Origin: an uncultured Candidatus Saccharibacteria bacterium
GTDB taxonomy: Bacteria; Patescibacteriota; Minisyncoccia; Phycocordibacterales; Phycocordibacteraceae
DNA: 64,000 nt
Direction of reading: 5' to 3'
NCBI GenBank assembly: GCA_964646315.1
Contig: CAZYDN010000002.1
Span: forward strand, 962 to 64,961
Below the pieces are notes generated by a model. That model saw nothing but the letters and a program-made list of their open reading frames with translations. It was not told the origin of the DNA and did not search any database. This document shows, piece by piece, positions 49,160 through 59,119 of the stretch (position 1 is the first letter of the stretch; every line of letters starts with the position of its first letter). The translations under genes and the position numbers were made by a program.

Positions 49160-49248
49160 GTGGATAACTTTTCCAGGTTTTGGAAAGGGCAGAATCGATG
49201 GGCGCATCTCATGCGCGTTCTTATTAACCTTTAAGAGCGTAATTTCTT

Positions 49249-49554
49249 ATGGCAAAGACCGAAACGGTATCTATTTCACCTTTGGGCGATCGCATTGTAC
49301 TGGCACCGTTAGCTAAAGAAGAAGCGACCCTGTCAGGTATTTTAATCCCAGACTCGGCCAAACAAGATAAACCGGAACGCGGAACCGTTGTTGCTGTTGG
49401 TCCAGGTAAATATGACGACGGCGTACTAGTTCCGATGCAGGTAAAAATCGGTGATACGGTGCTTTTTTCTAAGTACGGATACGAAGAAGTAAAAGTTGAT
49501 GGAAGAGATTACTACATTCTTTCGGAATCAAGTGTACTGGCGATTATTTCCTAA
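49249..49554 (+). CDS. groES: co-chaperonin GroES
   Basis: Clear Cpn10 sequence. Confidence 0.95.
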   Translation: MAKTETVSISPLGDRIVLAPLAKEEATLSGILIPDSAKQDKPERGTVVAVGPGKYDDGVLVPMQVKIGDTVLFSKYGYEEVKVDGRDYYILSESSVLAIIS

Positions 49555-51213
<1,659 letters not shown>

Positions 51214-51239
51214 AGAAATTTGCTTATTAAATGATTCAA

Positions 51240-51272
51240 ACCCTCGAGCGCACGCGCTCGAGGGTTTGTTTG
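51240..51272. terminator. bidirectional terminator (ccctcgagcgcacgcgctcgaggg) serving groEL and the convergent small ORFs
   Basis: Hairpin with T-runs on both strands. Confidence 0.75.
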
Positions 51273-51273
51273 T

Positions 51274-51423
51274 CTAGAATCGTTTTCGATACCAGGACGT
51301 TCCGGTTGTCGCCCACGTGGGAGATTGCCTGAGCTTCTGTTTCAGGCGCTCGATCTCAGGCGACCACTGTACGGGAAACGCATCGGAGAAGAGTTTGCCG
51401 AGGGCTAAAAAAAGATCACTCAT
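51274..51423 (-). CDS. unannotated small ORF, 49 aa (MSDLFLALGKLFSDAFPVQWSPEIERLKQKLRQSPTWATTGTSWYRKRF)
   Basis: Read by hand; begins 18 nt after the upstream small ORF and ends at the terminator; below the ORF-track cutoff. Confidence 0.3.
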   Translation of the reverse strand: MSDLFLALGKLFSDAFPVQWSPEIERLKQKLRQSPTWATTGTSWYRKRF

Positions 51424-51441
51424 TGTTGTGGGTCCTGCTTG

Positions 51442-51612
51442 TTATTCCCAGTTATGCTTCCCGTCAGCATAGGTGTCGCCGTTGAGAGCTTTGACGAAAT
51501 CATTCAGTCCCGGAATGTGCATCCGCTTGAGCGCGGGCCCGAGCACGTTACGGCAGACGCCCACCACAAGCAGAAGTACGACTAACCGTACGCCAATTTC
51601 GGTATAGGTCAT
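51442..51612 (-). CDS. unannotated small ORF, 56 aa, N-terminal TM helix (MTYTEIGVRLVVLLLVVGVC...)
   Basis: A perfect AGGAGG SD lies 8 nt upstream of the ATG. It is divergent from lemA. Confidence 0.4.
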   Translation of the reverse strand: MTYTEIGVRLVVLLLVVGVCRNVLGPALKRMHIPGLNDFVKALNGDTYADGKHNWE

Positions 51613-51715
51613 TTGAGGCTCCTCCTATCTATGAGCCTACGGTGAAGAAAGCGATTGCGCAATACTTGTCGCCTCGTTGCAAGACGCTATACTAAAGGAG
51701 TAATCAAACGCTACT

Positions 51716-52285
51716 ATGACTATTATCTACATCATTTTGGGAGTTATTGCGGTGCTCGTGCTTTGGGTTGTTGCTTCGTTCAACGGGTTTATAGCAAAGC
51801 GCAATCAGGCAAAAGAAGCGTGGGCAGATATCGACGTACAACTCAAGCGTCGCTATGACCTTATTCCCAACCTCATCAACACGGTGAAGGGATACGCGAC
51901 TCATGAAGCCGCAGCTTTTGAAAAAGTATCAAACGCACGCGCTGCTGCTATGGGCGTGGGAAGTGCAGGTACACCAACACAGAAAGCAGAAGCAGAGAAC
52001 ATGCTCACGGGGGCACTCAAGAGTGTGTTTGCTATTGCAGAAGCGTATCCAGACCTTAAGGCAAATGAAAACTTCCTTCAGCTTCAGAAGGAGCTTGGTG
52101 ATACGGAAGACAAAATCCAGGCAGCTCGTCGCTTCTACAACCAGACCGTCATGGCTCTCAACACTGCCATTGAATCCTTCCCAGGAAATCTTATTGCAGG
52201 AACTTTTGGCTTTGCACAGATGGACCTCTTCGAGCTCTCTGAGGAAAATGCTGCGGCACGTGAGCCAGTAGCAGTGAACTTCTAG
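51716..52285 (+). CDS. lemA: LemA-family protein
   Basis: TM anchor plus LemA domain; AAGGAG RBS. Confidence 0.85.
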   Translation: MTIIYIILGVIAVLVLWVVASFNGFIAKRNQAKEAWADIDVQLKRRYDLIPNLINTVKGYATHEAAAFEKVSNARAAAMGVGSAGTPTQKAEAENMLTGALKSVFAIAEAYPDLKANENFLQLQKELGDTEDKIQAARRFYNQTVMALNTAIESFPGNLIAGTFGFAQMDLFELSEENAAAREPVAVNF

Positions 52286-52306
52286 TTACCGGTAACCCTG
52301 GCGCAC

Positions 52307-53218
52307 GTGTACGCGTCTACCTTATATATGGCATCTACTCTCTATCAACAGCGATCCGCAAATGCATGGCGTACCGCATTCCTTATGGCAATGTTCTTGG
52401 CCATAGTGCTTGGTATTGGGTACGCCGTGTCGTGGTACTACCAGTCGCCAGGCATCCTCTACGTAGCGATAGTGTTCGCACTCTTCATGAATGTATGGAG
52501 CTACTGGTTTAGTGATAAGCAGGTGCTCTCCATGACCGGGGCAAAGCCAGCTACACGCGAAGAATACTTTGATCTCTACACCGTTACCGAAAACATGTCT
52601 ATTGCGGCAGGACTTCCTATGCCAAAGCTCTACGTGATAGAGGACGCTGCGCCAAACGCATTTGCCACAGGACGTGATGAAAAGCATGCGGTAGTAGCAG
52701 CTACTACCGGCTTGCTCGCTATGCTTGATAGGCAGGAGCTCGAGGGAGTTATTGCTCATGAGCTTTCTCACATTCAAAACCGGGATATGCTCGTGATGAC
52801 CGTTGCCGTGGTGCTCGCTGGATTCCTTGCGATTATCGCAGACATGTTCTTGCGCATGAGTATGTTTGGAGGAAACAGAGACGATAATCGTGGAGGCTTG
52901 TTTATGATTCTTGCGATTGTGGGAATAATCTTGGCACCAATAGCGGCGCAACTTATTCAGTTGGCGATTTCCCGTCGCCGGGAATATTTGGCGGACGCGT
53001 CAGGTGCACTTCTTACACGGTATCCAGAAGGTCTTGCACGAGCACTTACAAAAATTAGTAGCTACGCGACGCCGATGCATAAGGCAAACCATGCAACCGC
53101 GCACCTCTTTATTGCCAACCCATTTGGCTCCCGCGCAAAGGGATTTGTGAACGGACTCTTTGCTACACATCCGCCGGTTGAGGCTCGCGTAAAAGCGCTC
53201 CTCGGCACAAGTGCGTAG
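52307..53218 (+). CDS. htpX: zinc metalloprotease HtpX (M48)
   Basis: HELSH motif and 4 TM helices. Confidence 0.85.
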   Translation: MYASTLYMASTLYQQRSANAWRTAFLMAMFLAIVLGIGYAVSWYYQSPGILYVAIVFALFMNVWSYWFSDKQVLSMTGAKPATREEYFDLYTVTENMSIAAGLPMPKLYVIEDAAPNAFATGRDEKHAVVAATTGLLAMLDRQELEGVIAHELSHIQNRDMLVMTVAVVLAGFLAIIADMFLRMSMFGGNRDDNRGGLFMILAIVGIILAPIAAQLIQLAISRRREYLADASGALLTRYPEGLARALTKISSYATPMHKANHATAHLFIANPFGSRAKGFVNGLFATHPPVEARVKALLGTSA

Positions 53219-53239
53219 TCGTTTCTGAGTGTGGGGATT

Positions 53240-53644
53240 TTATTTCTTCCGGGTAAGCAAAGCATCAATATTTTGCCAGCGACCCTTACCTTGAGGGAGC
53301 ATTCCTGCGCGCAAAATTGATTCCAGTGTTTTCCAAAGCATCTCTCGTTCCTTCTTAGATGCAGACAGTCTTTCGAGTGACTGAAAATCTCCCTGGAGAA
53401 GCTGTGCATGCAATCGCTTGATGGTTGAGGTACTTACACCGAGTACTTGACCTATTCGGTAATAGGAAAAACTCTCATTCAGCATAAGTATGATTGCAAG
53501 TCGCTTTGCGAGCATTAGGTGCTCGGTCTCAGTTAATACTTCAGTGAGTATTTTGGAACCACGCTTCGTCAGTACTTGTACGAGCTGTGTCGCTATTTGT
53601 TTGGAAACCTGAGTATCCAGTTTCTTAGTGCTTACGTGAGGCAT
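53240..53644 (-). CDS. TrpR-like (YerC/YecD family) DNA-binding protein
   Basis: HTH RIGQVLGVSTSTIKR in a Trp-repressor-like context. Confidence 0.65.
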   Translation of the reverse strand: MPHVSTKKLDTQVSKQIATQLVQVLTKRGSKILTEVLTETEHLMLAKRLAIILMLNESFSYYRIGQVLGVSTSTIKRLHAQLLQGDFQSLERLSASKKEREMLWKTLESILRAGMLPQGKGRWQNIDALLTRKK

Positions 53645-53687
53645 AGTCGGGTAATATACCGATATATCGGTATATTACCCGACTATG
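53642..53687. promoter_or_regulatory. perfect 46-bp palindrome catagtcgggtaatataccgata|tatcggtatattacccgactatg overlapping the regulator start codon
   Basis: Both arms verified base by base. Confidence 0.8.
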
Positions 53688-53728
53688 CTAGTAGAGAGAA
53701 GAGGTGAGCTGTGATATAAAACCTGTAC

Positions 53729-53816
53729 GGAGGCGTCGCATAGCGGTCTAGTGCACCATCTTGGAAAGGTGGCGTGTCGAAAGATACCGAGAGTTCGAAT
53801 CTCTCCGCCTCCGCCA
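53729..53816 (+). tRNA. tRNA-Ser (anticodon GGA), long variable arm, CCA encoded
   Basis: Hand-folded: acceptor GGAGGCG/CGCCTCC, anticodon stem CCATC/GGTGG, loop TTGGAAA, T-arm GTTCGAATC. A TGTGATATAA -10 lies upstream. Confidence 0.85.
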
Positions 53817-53877
53817 GAAGTATTAATATCAGAAGACTCGGGTACTAATAAGCTTGTTTTCGAGCTAGAGTATCTAC

Positions 53878-54975
53878 ATGATTTCTTTTCTCGAAAAACT
53901 ATTCACATCCATAGTGATTGGTGTGTCGGGTTTTTTCGGTATTCATGCAGAAGTACCGGCAATGGTGCCGCCTGCTACCACAAATTCTTCACAGGAATCA
54001 GTGTCGGAGTCGGCCGCTACGTCTGCGCAGAACACAGTGACTCCTACTGTAGCGCAAAGTGGATGGAAAAATATTGCGTTGGCTGGCCTAACGATTGAGT
54101 ACCCGTCGTCTCTAAAAGTGATTCATAACACAGACACCCCCAGCGCGCAGCTACGATTTGTGGAAAGTGCCAATAATCGCCATGCAAGAGTTTTCGTCTC
54201 TGCGGCGAACATTATTCCTGCAAATCAGGATCTCAAAAGTTGGTTGGAAAGTTTTGATTATTTCAAAGCCCAGTACCGCGCACAAAAATATATCTCGTAT
54301 AAACGCAAAGATGGTGTTGAAGTTTTTGCAAGTCTTGGGAACACGCAATCATATGACGACGCGTTCATGCGTTCTGGTGCTGCTGTCGTATATGTAAAAA
54401 ATGGTGTGAACGAATATACTAAAGTAAGCGACAGCGACTTTCGTGAAATCATCGAGCGAATAAAACTTCCAAATGGTTTGAAACTCGGGACCGTTGCTGG
54501 TGGGTATGGCTGTATTACTGGCTCTGATGAGTTGATGACTTTGTACTGGGGAACGCAATATCGCAAAGTAAATCCTTCCGTTCCGTTCATTTACGCGTCT
54601 GGCTCGTATTGTGAATCGGCCAATGGCTCAAAACTTATGACCATGGCTTATTTTCTGCAAGGAACAGGAAGCGGAAATGAGCAAGCGATTGTTTCGTTCG
54701 ATAGTACAGGCAAAATCACAAATACTTACAAAGGAAGTATTTGCCACACTGTGGGTGATTTCGGTTCACCGCTTATCTCATCAGTCGAACAAGGAAGAAT
54801 CAATATGTTCTGCCTTAGCGGAGATGGGGGATATACAGCATTCGAGGTCTTTCAAGCACCACTCGATACACTCGTCCCGGTGGCGGTTAAGCGTGATTCA
54901 GCTGTTTACAATTCGGTCAAAGCCATTGTAGAAAAAATCTACAATATAGATTTCTCCACACGCAATTTGTTCTAG
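53878..54975 (+). CDS. hypothetical secreted protein (low-GC)
   Basis: TM anchor/signal; no family recognised. Confidence 0.45.
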   Translation: MISFLEKLFTSIVIGVSGFFGIHAEVPAMVPPATTNSSQESVSESAATSAQNTVTPTVAQSGWKNIALAGLTIEYPSSLKVIHNTDTPSAQLRFVESANNRHARVFVSAANIIPANQDLKSWLESFDYFKAQYRAQKYISYKRKDGVEVFASLGNTQSYDDAFMRSGAAVVYVKNGVNEYTKVSDSDFREIIERIKLPNGLKLGTVAGGYGCITGSDELMTLYWGTQYRKVNPSVPFIYASGSYCESANGSKLMTMAYFLQGTGSGNEQAIVSFDSTGKITNTYKGSICHTVGDFGSPLISSVEQGRINMFCLSGDGGYTAFEVFQAPLDTLVPVAVKRDSAVYNSVKAIVEKIYNIDFSTRNLF

Positions 54976-55052
54976 TCATTTCTGGAGGACACTCTTCGCC
55001 TTTTTAGTATGTTCTTCATGGTGGCGAGGGCTGCCGTGAGCACGCTGGGCAG

Positions 55053-55709
55053 GTGGGACAAACACACTTAGCTATTTTCAAGCGTGAACCCGGAGGTCTG
55101 TTACCGCTATACTTCAGGTATATGGAAGGACCGCCCTTAACTAGCTTGCCTTCAATAGAAGCACAGAAGGAAATAATTCTATCCCAAGTTACGCCTGAGG
55201 ATTATGCCGGCGTGCTCAATGTTCAATACAAGGCAGCGTTGAAGAATTATCCAAATGAGGAACTGGGAATAACGACAGAGGATATAGAGGCAGATTATGC
55301 CGAAGCTAGGACTGAAGAAAAAATAAAAGAAAAAGAAGAACATTGGAGAGATTTGCCAGCGAATCCAAATCAACAGTATTTAGTAGCTAAGAGCGAGGGT
55401 AATGTTGTTGGTTTTTGCGTTGTCGACAAGTATGAGGATAGAAATCAACTTAGCGGAATTTACATTGCCCCTGAATTTCAAGGAAAGGGATTAGGAAAAA
55501 AATTCTGGGAGCAGGCCATGACCTTTATTGATTCTTCGAAGGATACGGTAGTGATGTTTCTTCCGTATAACACTCAAGCTATTGGTTACTACCGTAGTCT
55601 TGGATTTGAGAAGACAGGAGTCGTTGGGAATAATGGTATAGGTAGCAAAATGAAAAGTGGAGCAATTATGCCGGGACCTATAGAAATGCTTCGAAAAGCA
55701 AAGTGGTAG
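55053..55709 (+). CDS. GNAT-family N-acetyltransferase
   Basis: Motif A GIYIAPEFQGKGLGKKF seen. An alternative start exists at 55122. Confidence 0.65.
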   Translation: MGQTHLAIFKREPGGLLPLYFRYMEGPPLTSLPSIEAQKEIILSQVTPEDYAGVLNVQYKAALKNYPNEELGITTEDIEADYAEARTEEKIKEKEEHWRDLPANPNQQYLVAKSEGNVVGFCVVDKYEDRNQLSGIYIAPEFQGKGLGKKFWEQAMTFIDSSKDTVVMFLPYNTQAIGYYRSLGFEKTGVVGNNGIGSKMKSGAIMPGPIEMLRKAKW

Positions 55710-55719
55710 ACTTCAATCG

Positions 55720-56163
55720 ATGAAGAAGTTTTTAGTACTTGCAGGCGCACTCGGGGTGATACTTCTCGCGCTTTTTTTGTTTGAGACGCGACAGAATATT
55801 ATTTCACCTATCGATGCGGGAATTACGTATGAGGTAGTAAGTACACCTGAAGCAATGGCTAAGGGTTTGGGTGGTCGAAGTGATATACCGCATGACTATG
55901 GCATGTTGTTTGTATTTGCGACGTCTAACATCTATCACTTTTGGATGAAGGACATGCTCGTTCCTATCGATATTCTCTGGCTTAGCACTGACGGTACTAT
56001 TATAGGTATCGATGTATCAGTCTCGCCTGATACGTATCCAGCCACCTTTGCTCCCCCAAGACCTGCACGCTTTGTGCTTGAGATGCGGGCAGGGGAGGCG
56101 AAACTAAAAAATCTGTCGGTGGGGTTACGACTACTACTTCCGTCTCAGTTGCAGAAGCAGTAG
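55720..56163 (+). CDS. DUF192-family protein
   Basis: Signal anchor plus DUF192-like core. Confidence 0.6.
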   Translation: MKKFLVLAGALGVILLALFLFETRQNIISPIDAGITYEVVSTPEAMAKGLGGRSDIPHDYGMLFVFATSNIYHFWMKDMLVPIDILWLSTDGTIIGIDVSVSPDTYPATFAPPRPARFVLEMRAGEAKLKNLSVGLRLLLPSQLQKQ

Positions 56164-56182
56164 AGCGTGGTATAATATATAC

Positions 56183-56528
56183 ACTGGCTCAGACGATCGC
56201 TGTAGTGTTCCTCGGAATACTGCAGAGGAAAGTCCGAACACAGGCACTACGCAAGTGGTGCAGAAAGGTAGCGGGTAATGCCCGTCCGCAGCGATGCGCG
56301 AGGTGCGAACAGTGACGCCGGGAGCGAAAGCAAACGGCATCTCTTTGAGATGAACTTTGTGGGCGACCACAAAGATGAAACGGCTAAATCCTTACCCCTG
56401 TGCAAGGCCGTGCCCACCACTTGCTGGTGTGGAGCGCCGCTCGAGGTAGTTGGTAACAACTATCCCAGATAGATGATCGTCCGCAGGTTTTCCTGCGACA
56501 GAATTCGGCTTATCGAGCCAGTCAAAAA
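56183..56528 (+). ncRNA. rnpB: RNase P RNA (bacterial type A), rnpB
   Basis: CR-I GAGGAAAGUCCG, the GGUAAUGCC P11 motif, and a 3' region AGAUAGAUGAUCGUCCGC...GACAGAAUUCGGCUUAUCGAGCCAGU matching E. coli M1 RNA. P1 pairing ACTGGCTC/GAGCCAGT. An extended -10 TGGTATAAT lies at 56168-56176. Confidence 0.85.
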
Positions 56529-56536
56529 CAATTATG

Positions 56537-56572
56537 TGAAATCCGCCTCTTATCGGGCGGATTTCGCTTTCC
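56537..56572 (+). terminator. terminator hairpin (gaaatccgcc...gggcggatttc) after rnpB
   Basis: 10-bp stem plus T-rich tail. Confidence 0.6.
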
Positions 56573-56647
56573 CCACAGCTATTGCGTTTTTCATGGTGAG
56601 CGTGGGCTATACTACTAAGTATTATCAGGGCCACGTAAATAGAAACC

Positions 56648-59101
56648 ATGCAGCAAGATACACAGACAACCGTTGCCGCAGCACCCGTGCTGCGCAAACG
56701 CCGTTTCTCGTTCGATGTCGCCGCAATCGGTGCAATTATTGCAACTGCAATGCTTGCAGCAATTGCCTTCATTCCAGTCGCAAGTGTTCCGTTCATTTTT
56801 ACTAAAGTTTCAATTCTCGCTATCGGTGCGCTTGTAACGCTCGCGCTCTACATCCTTGCGCGTCTTACGCGCGGAAATGCAATCGTTCCACCATTGCCAC
56901 TTCTTGGTGCGCTCTGGCTCGTTCCGTTTGCCTACCTATTGTCGTCACTCTTCTCGGGTGTAGGTATTCGTTCAGGATTCTTCGGAACGGATCTTGAGAC
57001 AGACACCTTTGGGTTTGTGCTTATTCTTACGGTACTTGCAACACTCACCGCGCTTGCATTCCGTCGTACCGGAAGTTACCGCACACTCTTTAAGGTAGGA
57101 GGTCTTACACTCGCGTTTGTAACGGGTGTCCAGATTCTCTTCTTTATTGCGAGTCGCATTATGCCTACTAAAGTTTCTGCAACAACAAACCTCATCGGTT
57201 CGTTCTCAGACCTCGGCATGCTTGTAGGGCTTGGTATTACCCTTGCCCTTCTCACTACTCGCTTCCTTACTATCGCTTCTCGCACACGCACCATACTTAT
57301 GGTGGCAGGAGGTCTAGGGCTCGTAGTACTCGCTGTAGTGAACTCCACTATCGTGTGGGCACTCGTAGCACTTGTAGCATTCGGTCTCTTTATTGAGGCA
57401 ATTATGAAGCATCGTGCTCCTATGGATGACTCGGATCTCGATGGGGTTGCACTTATGCTTTCTGAAAACGAGACTGAAGAGGGAGAGACGTCTACTCGTT
57501 CTCTCATCGCTCCGCTTGCAACACTTGCCGTAGCGCTCTTCTTCCTTATTGGAGGTTCTACTATTGGCAACGCTGTAGTGAACGCTCTTGGTGCAAACGT
57601 TATCGATGTTCGTCCATCATGGCAGTCTACGTTTGATGTAGGTAGCCACACCTATGCGTCTTCACCGGTATTTGGTTCTGGCCCTGGAACCTTCGGTGCG
57701 CAGTGGCTTAAGTTCCGTGATCGTTCTCTCAACGACACGGTGTTCTGGAGCATCGACTTTAGCTCTGGTATTGGATACATTCCTACCTCGTTCGTAACGA
57801 CCGGAGTTGTAGGAGCGCTCGCATGGATTGCATTCTTGGTCCTCTTCCTCTTCTTTGGACTTCGCATGCTTCTCTTGCGATCACCGCAGGATCCTTTTGT
57901 GCGCTTTACGAGCGTCGCTTCCTTCACTGGACTTCTCTACGTGATGGCACTTGCGATCTTCTCGGTCCCTGGACCAATTGTGCTACTCGCTGGATTCGTT
58001 CTTGCTGGTATCTTCATCTCGACGATGCGCTACAGCGAGAACGCACGTGAGTGGGGTATTATCTTCGCTCGTAGTCCTCGCGTAGGCTTTGTAATTGTCT
58101 TTGGACTTACTCTTCTACTCCTCGCCTCTATTCTTGCGGCATATGTAGTAGTAGAGCGCTACCTCGCTTCCACTAGTTACAACCAGGCAAGCATTGCGCT
58201 CGCTGCTGGAAAGCTCGACGAGGCTGAGGCTGCAGCTAATCGCTCCATCCTCTTCTCTCCAAGTGATCGTGCATACCAGATCTCTACCGCCGTAGGTATT
58301 GCTCGCATGCGCGCTATCGGAGCTGACACCACTCTCTCTGCGTCAGACGCACAGCAGAAGTTCCAGGGAGTACTCTCAAAGAGTATTCAGGACGCTCTAG
58401 CAGCAACCCAGCTTGGTCCAAACAATTACCAGAACTGGGTCATGCTTGGCAATGTGTACGGCATGGTTGTTCCACTCAAGATTGACGGTGCTTACCAGAA
58501 CGCAAAGACCGCATACGCTCGTGCACAGGCGCTCAACCCAACCAACCCAACGCTCCCATTCATCTTAGCGCAGCTTGAGATTGCTCAGGGTAATGGTCCT
58601 GCAGCAGAGGAAGCGCTTATCCAAGCTATTACTCTGAAGCACGACTTTACTCAGGCCATCTTCTTGCTCTCCCAGCTTGAAGTACAGCTTGGAAAGGCAA
58701 AGGAGGCACTTCAGGCCGCAGAAGCAGCAGCGTACTTTGCTCCAAACGATGCAGCAGTAGTATTCCAGGTAGGAATTCTCCGCTCTGCTAATGGAGACAC
58801 TGCAGGTGCTATTCAGGCTCTTGCCCGCTCAGTTGAGCTCAACCCTCAGTACGCAAACGCTCGCTTCTTCCTTGGTGTGATGTACGCCATCTCTGGAAAC
58901 CTTCCTAAGGCAGTTGAAGCTATCGAAGCTGTAGCAGCACTCTCACCTGAGAACGCTCAAGCAGTCGCAGCAGACCTCGCGTCACTCCGAAACGGCAAGA
59001 ATCCATTCCCGGCATCTCGCCTCGGTGCGCTCGGTATTCCTCAGACTGTTACTGAGCCAGCAGCTACAACCCCTGCCGCGGCAACCACGCCTGCTCAGTA
59101 G
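56648..59101 (+). CDS. O-antigen-ligase-like polytopic membrane protein with C-terminal TPR repeats
   Basis: Many TM helices, Wzy_C-like loop, then TPR-like helical repeats. Confidence 0.65.
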   Translation: MQQDTQTTVAAAPVLRKRRFSFDVAAIGAIIATAMLAAIAFIPVASVPFIFTKVSILAIGALVTLALYILARLTRGNAIVPPLPLLGALWLVPFAYLLSSLFSGVGIRSGFFGTDLETDTFGFVLILTVLATLTALAFRRTGSYRTLFKVGGLTLAFVTGVQILFFIASRIMPTKVSATTNLIGSFSDLGMLVGLGITLALLTTRFLTIASRTRTILMVAGGLGLVVLAVVNSTIVWALVALVAFGLFIEAIMKHRAPMDDSDLDGVALMLSENETEEGETSTRSLIAPLATLAVALFFLIGGSTIGNAVVNALGANVIDVRPSWQSTFDVGSHTYASSPVFGSGPGTFGAQWLKFRDRSLNDTVFWSIDFSSGIGYIPTSFVTTGVVGALAWIAFLVLFLFFGLRMLLLRSPQDPFVRFTSVASFTGLLYVMALAIFSVPGPIVLLAGFVLAGIFISTMRYSENAREWGIIFARSPRVGFVIVFGLTLLLLASILAAYVVVERYLASTSYNQASIALAAGKLDEAEAAANRSILFSPSDRAYQISTAVGIARMRAIGADTTLSASDAQQKFQGVLSKSIQDALAATQLGPNNYQNWVMLGNVYGMVVPLKIDGAYQNAKTAYARAQALNPTNPTLPFILAQLEIAQGNGPAAEEALIQAITLKHDFTQAIFLLSQLEVQLGKAKEALQAAEAAAYFAPNDAAVVFQVGILRSANGDTAGAIQALARSVELNPQYANARFFLGVMYAISGNLPKAVEAIEAVAALSPENAQAVAADLASLRNGKNPFPASRLGALGIPQTVTEPAATTPAAATTPAQ

Positions 59102-59119
59102 GAGTTATAGGGAGTAACG

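Noticed and set aside
49100-49248. CIRCE/HrcA operator upstream of groES
   Set aside because: No TTAGCACTC-N9-GAGTGCTAA-like element. Only a short GCGCAT/ATGCGC 6-bp inverted repeat at 49201-49215.
53751-54098. ORF overlapping tRNA-Ser
   Set aside because: It runs through the tRNA. The real CDS is the 53878 frame.
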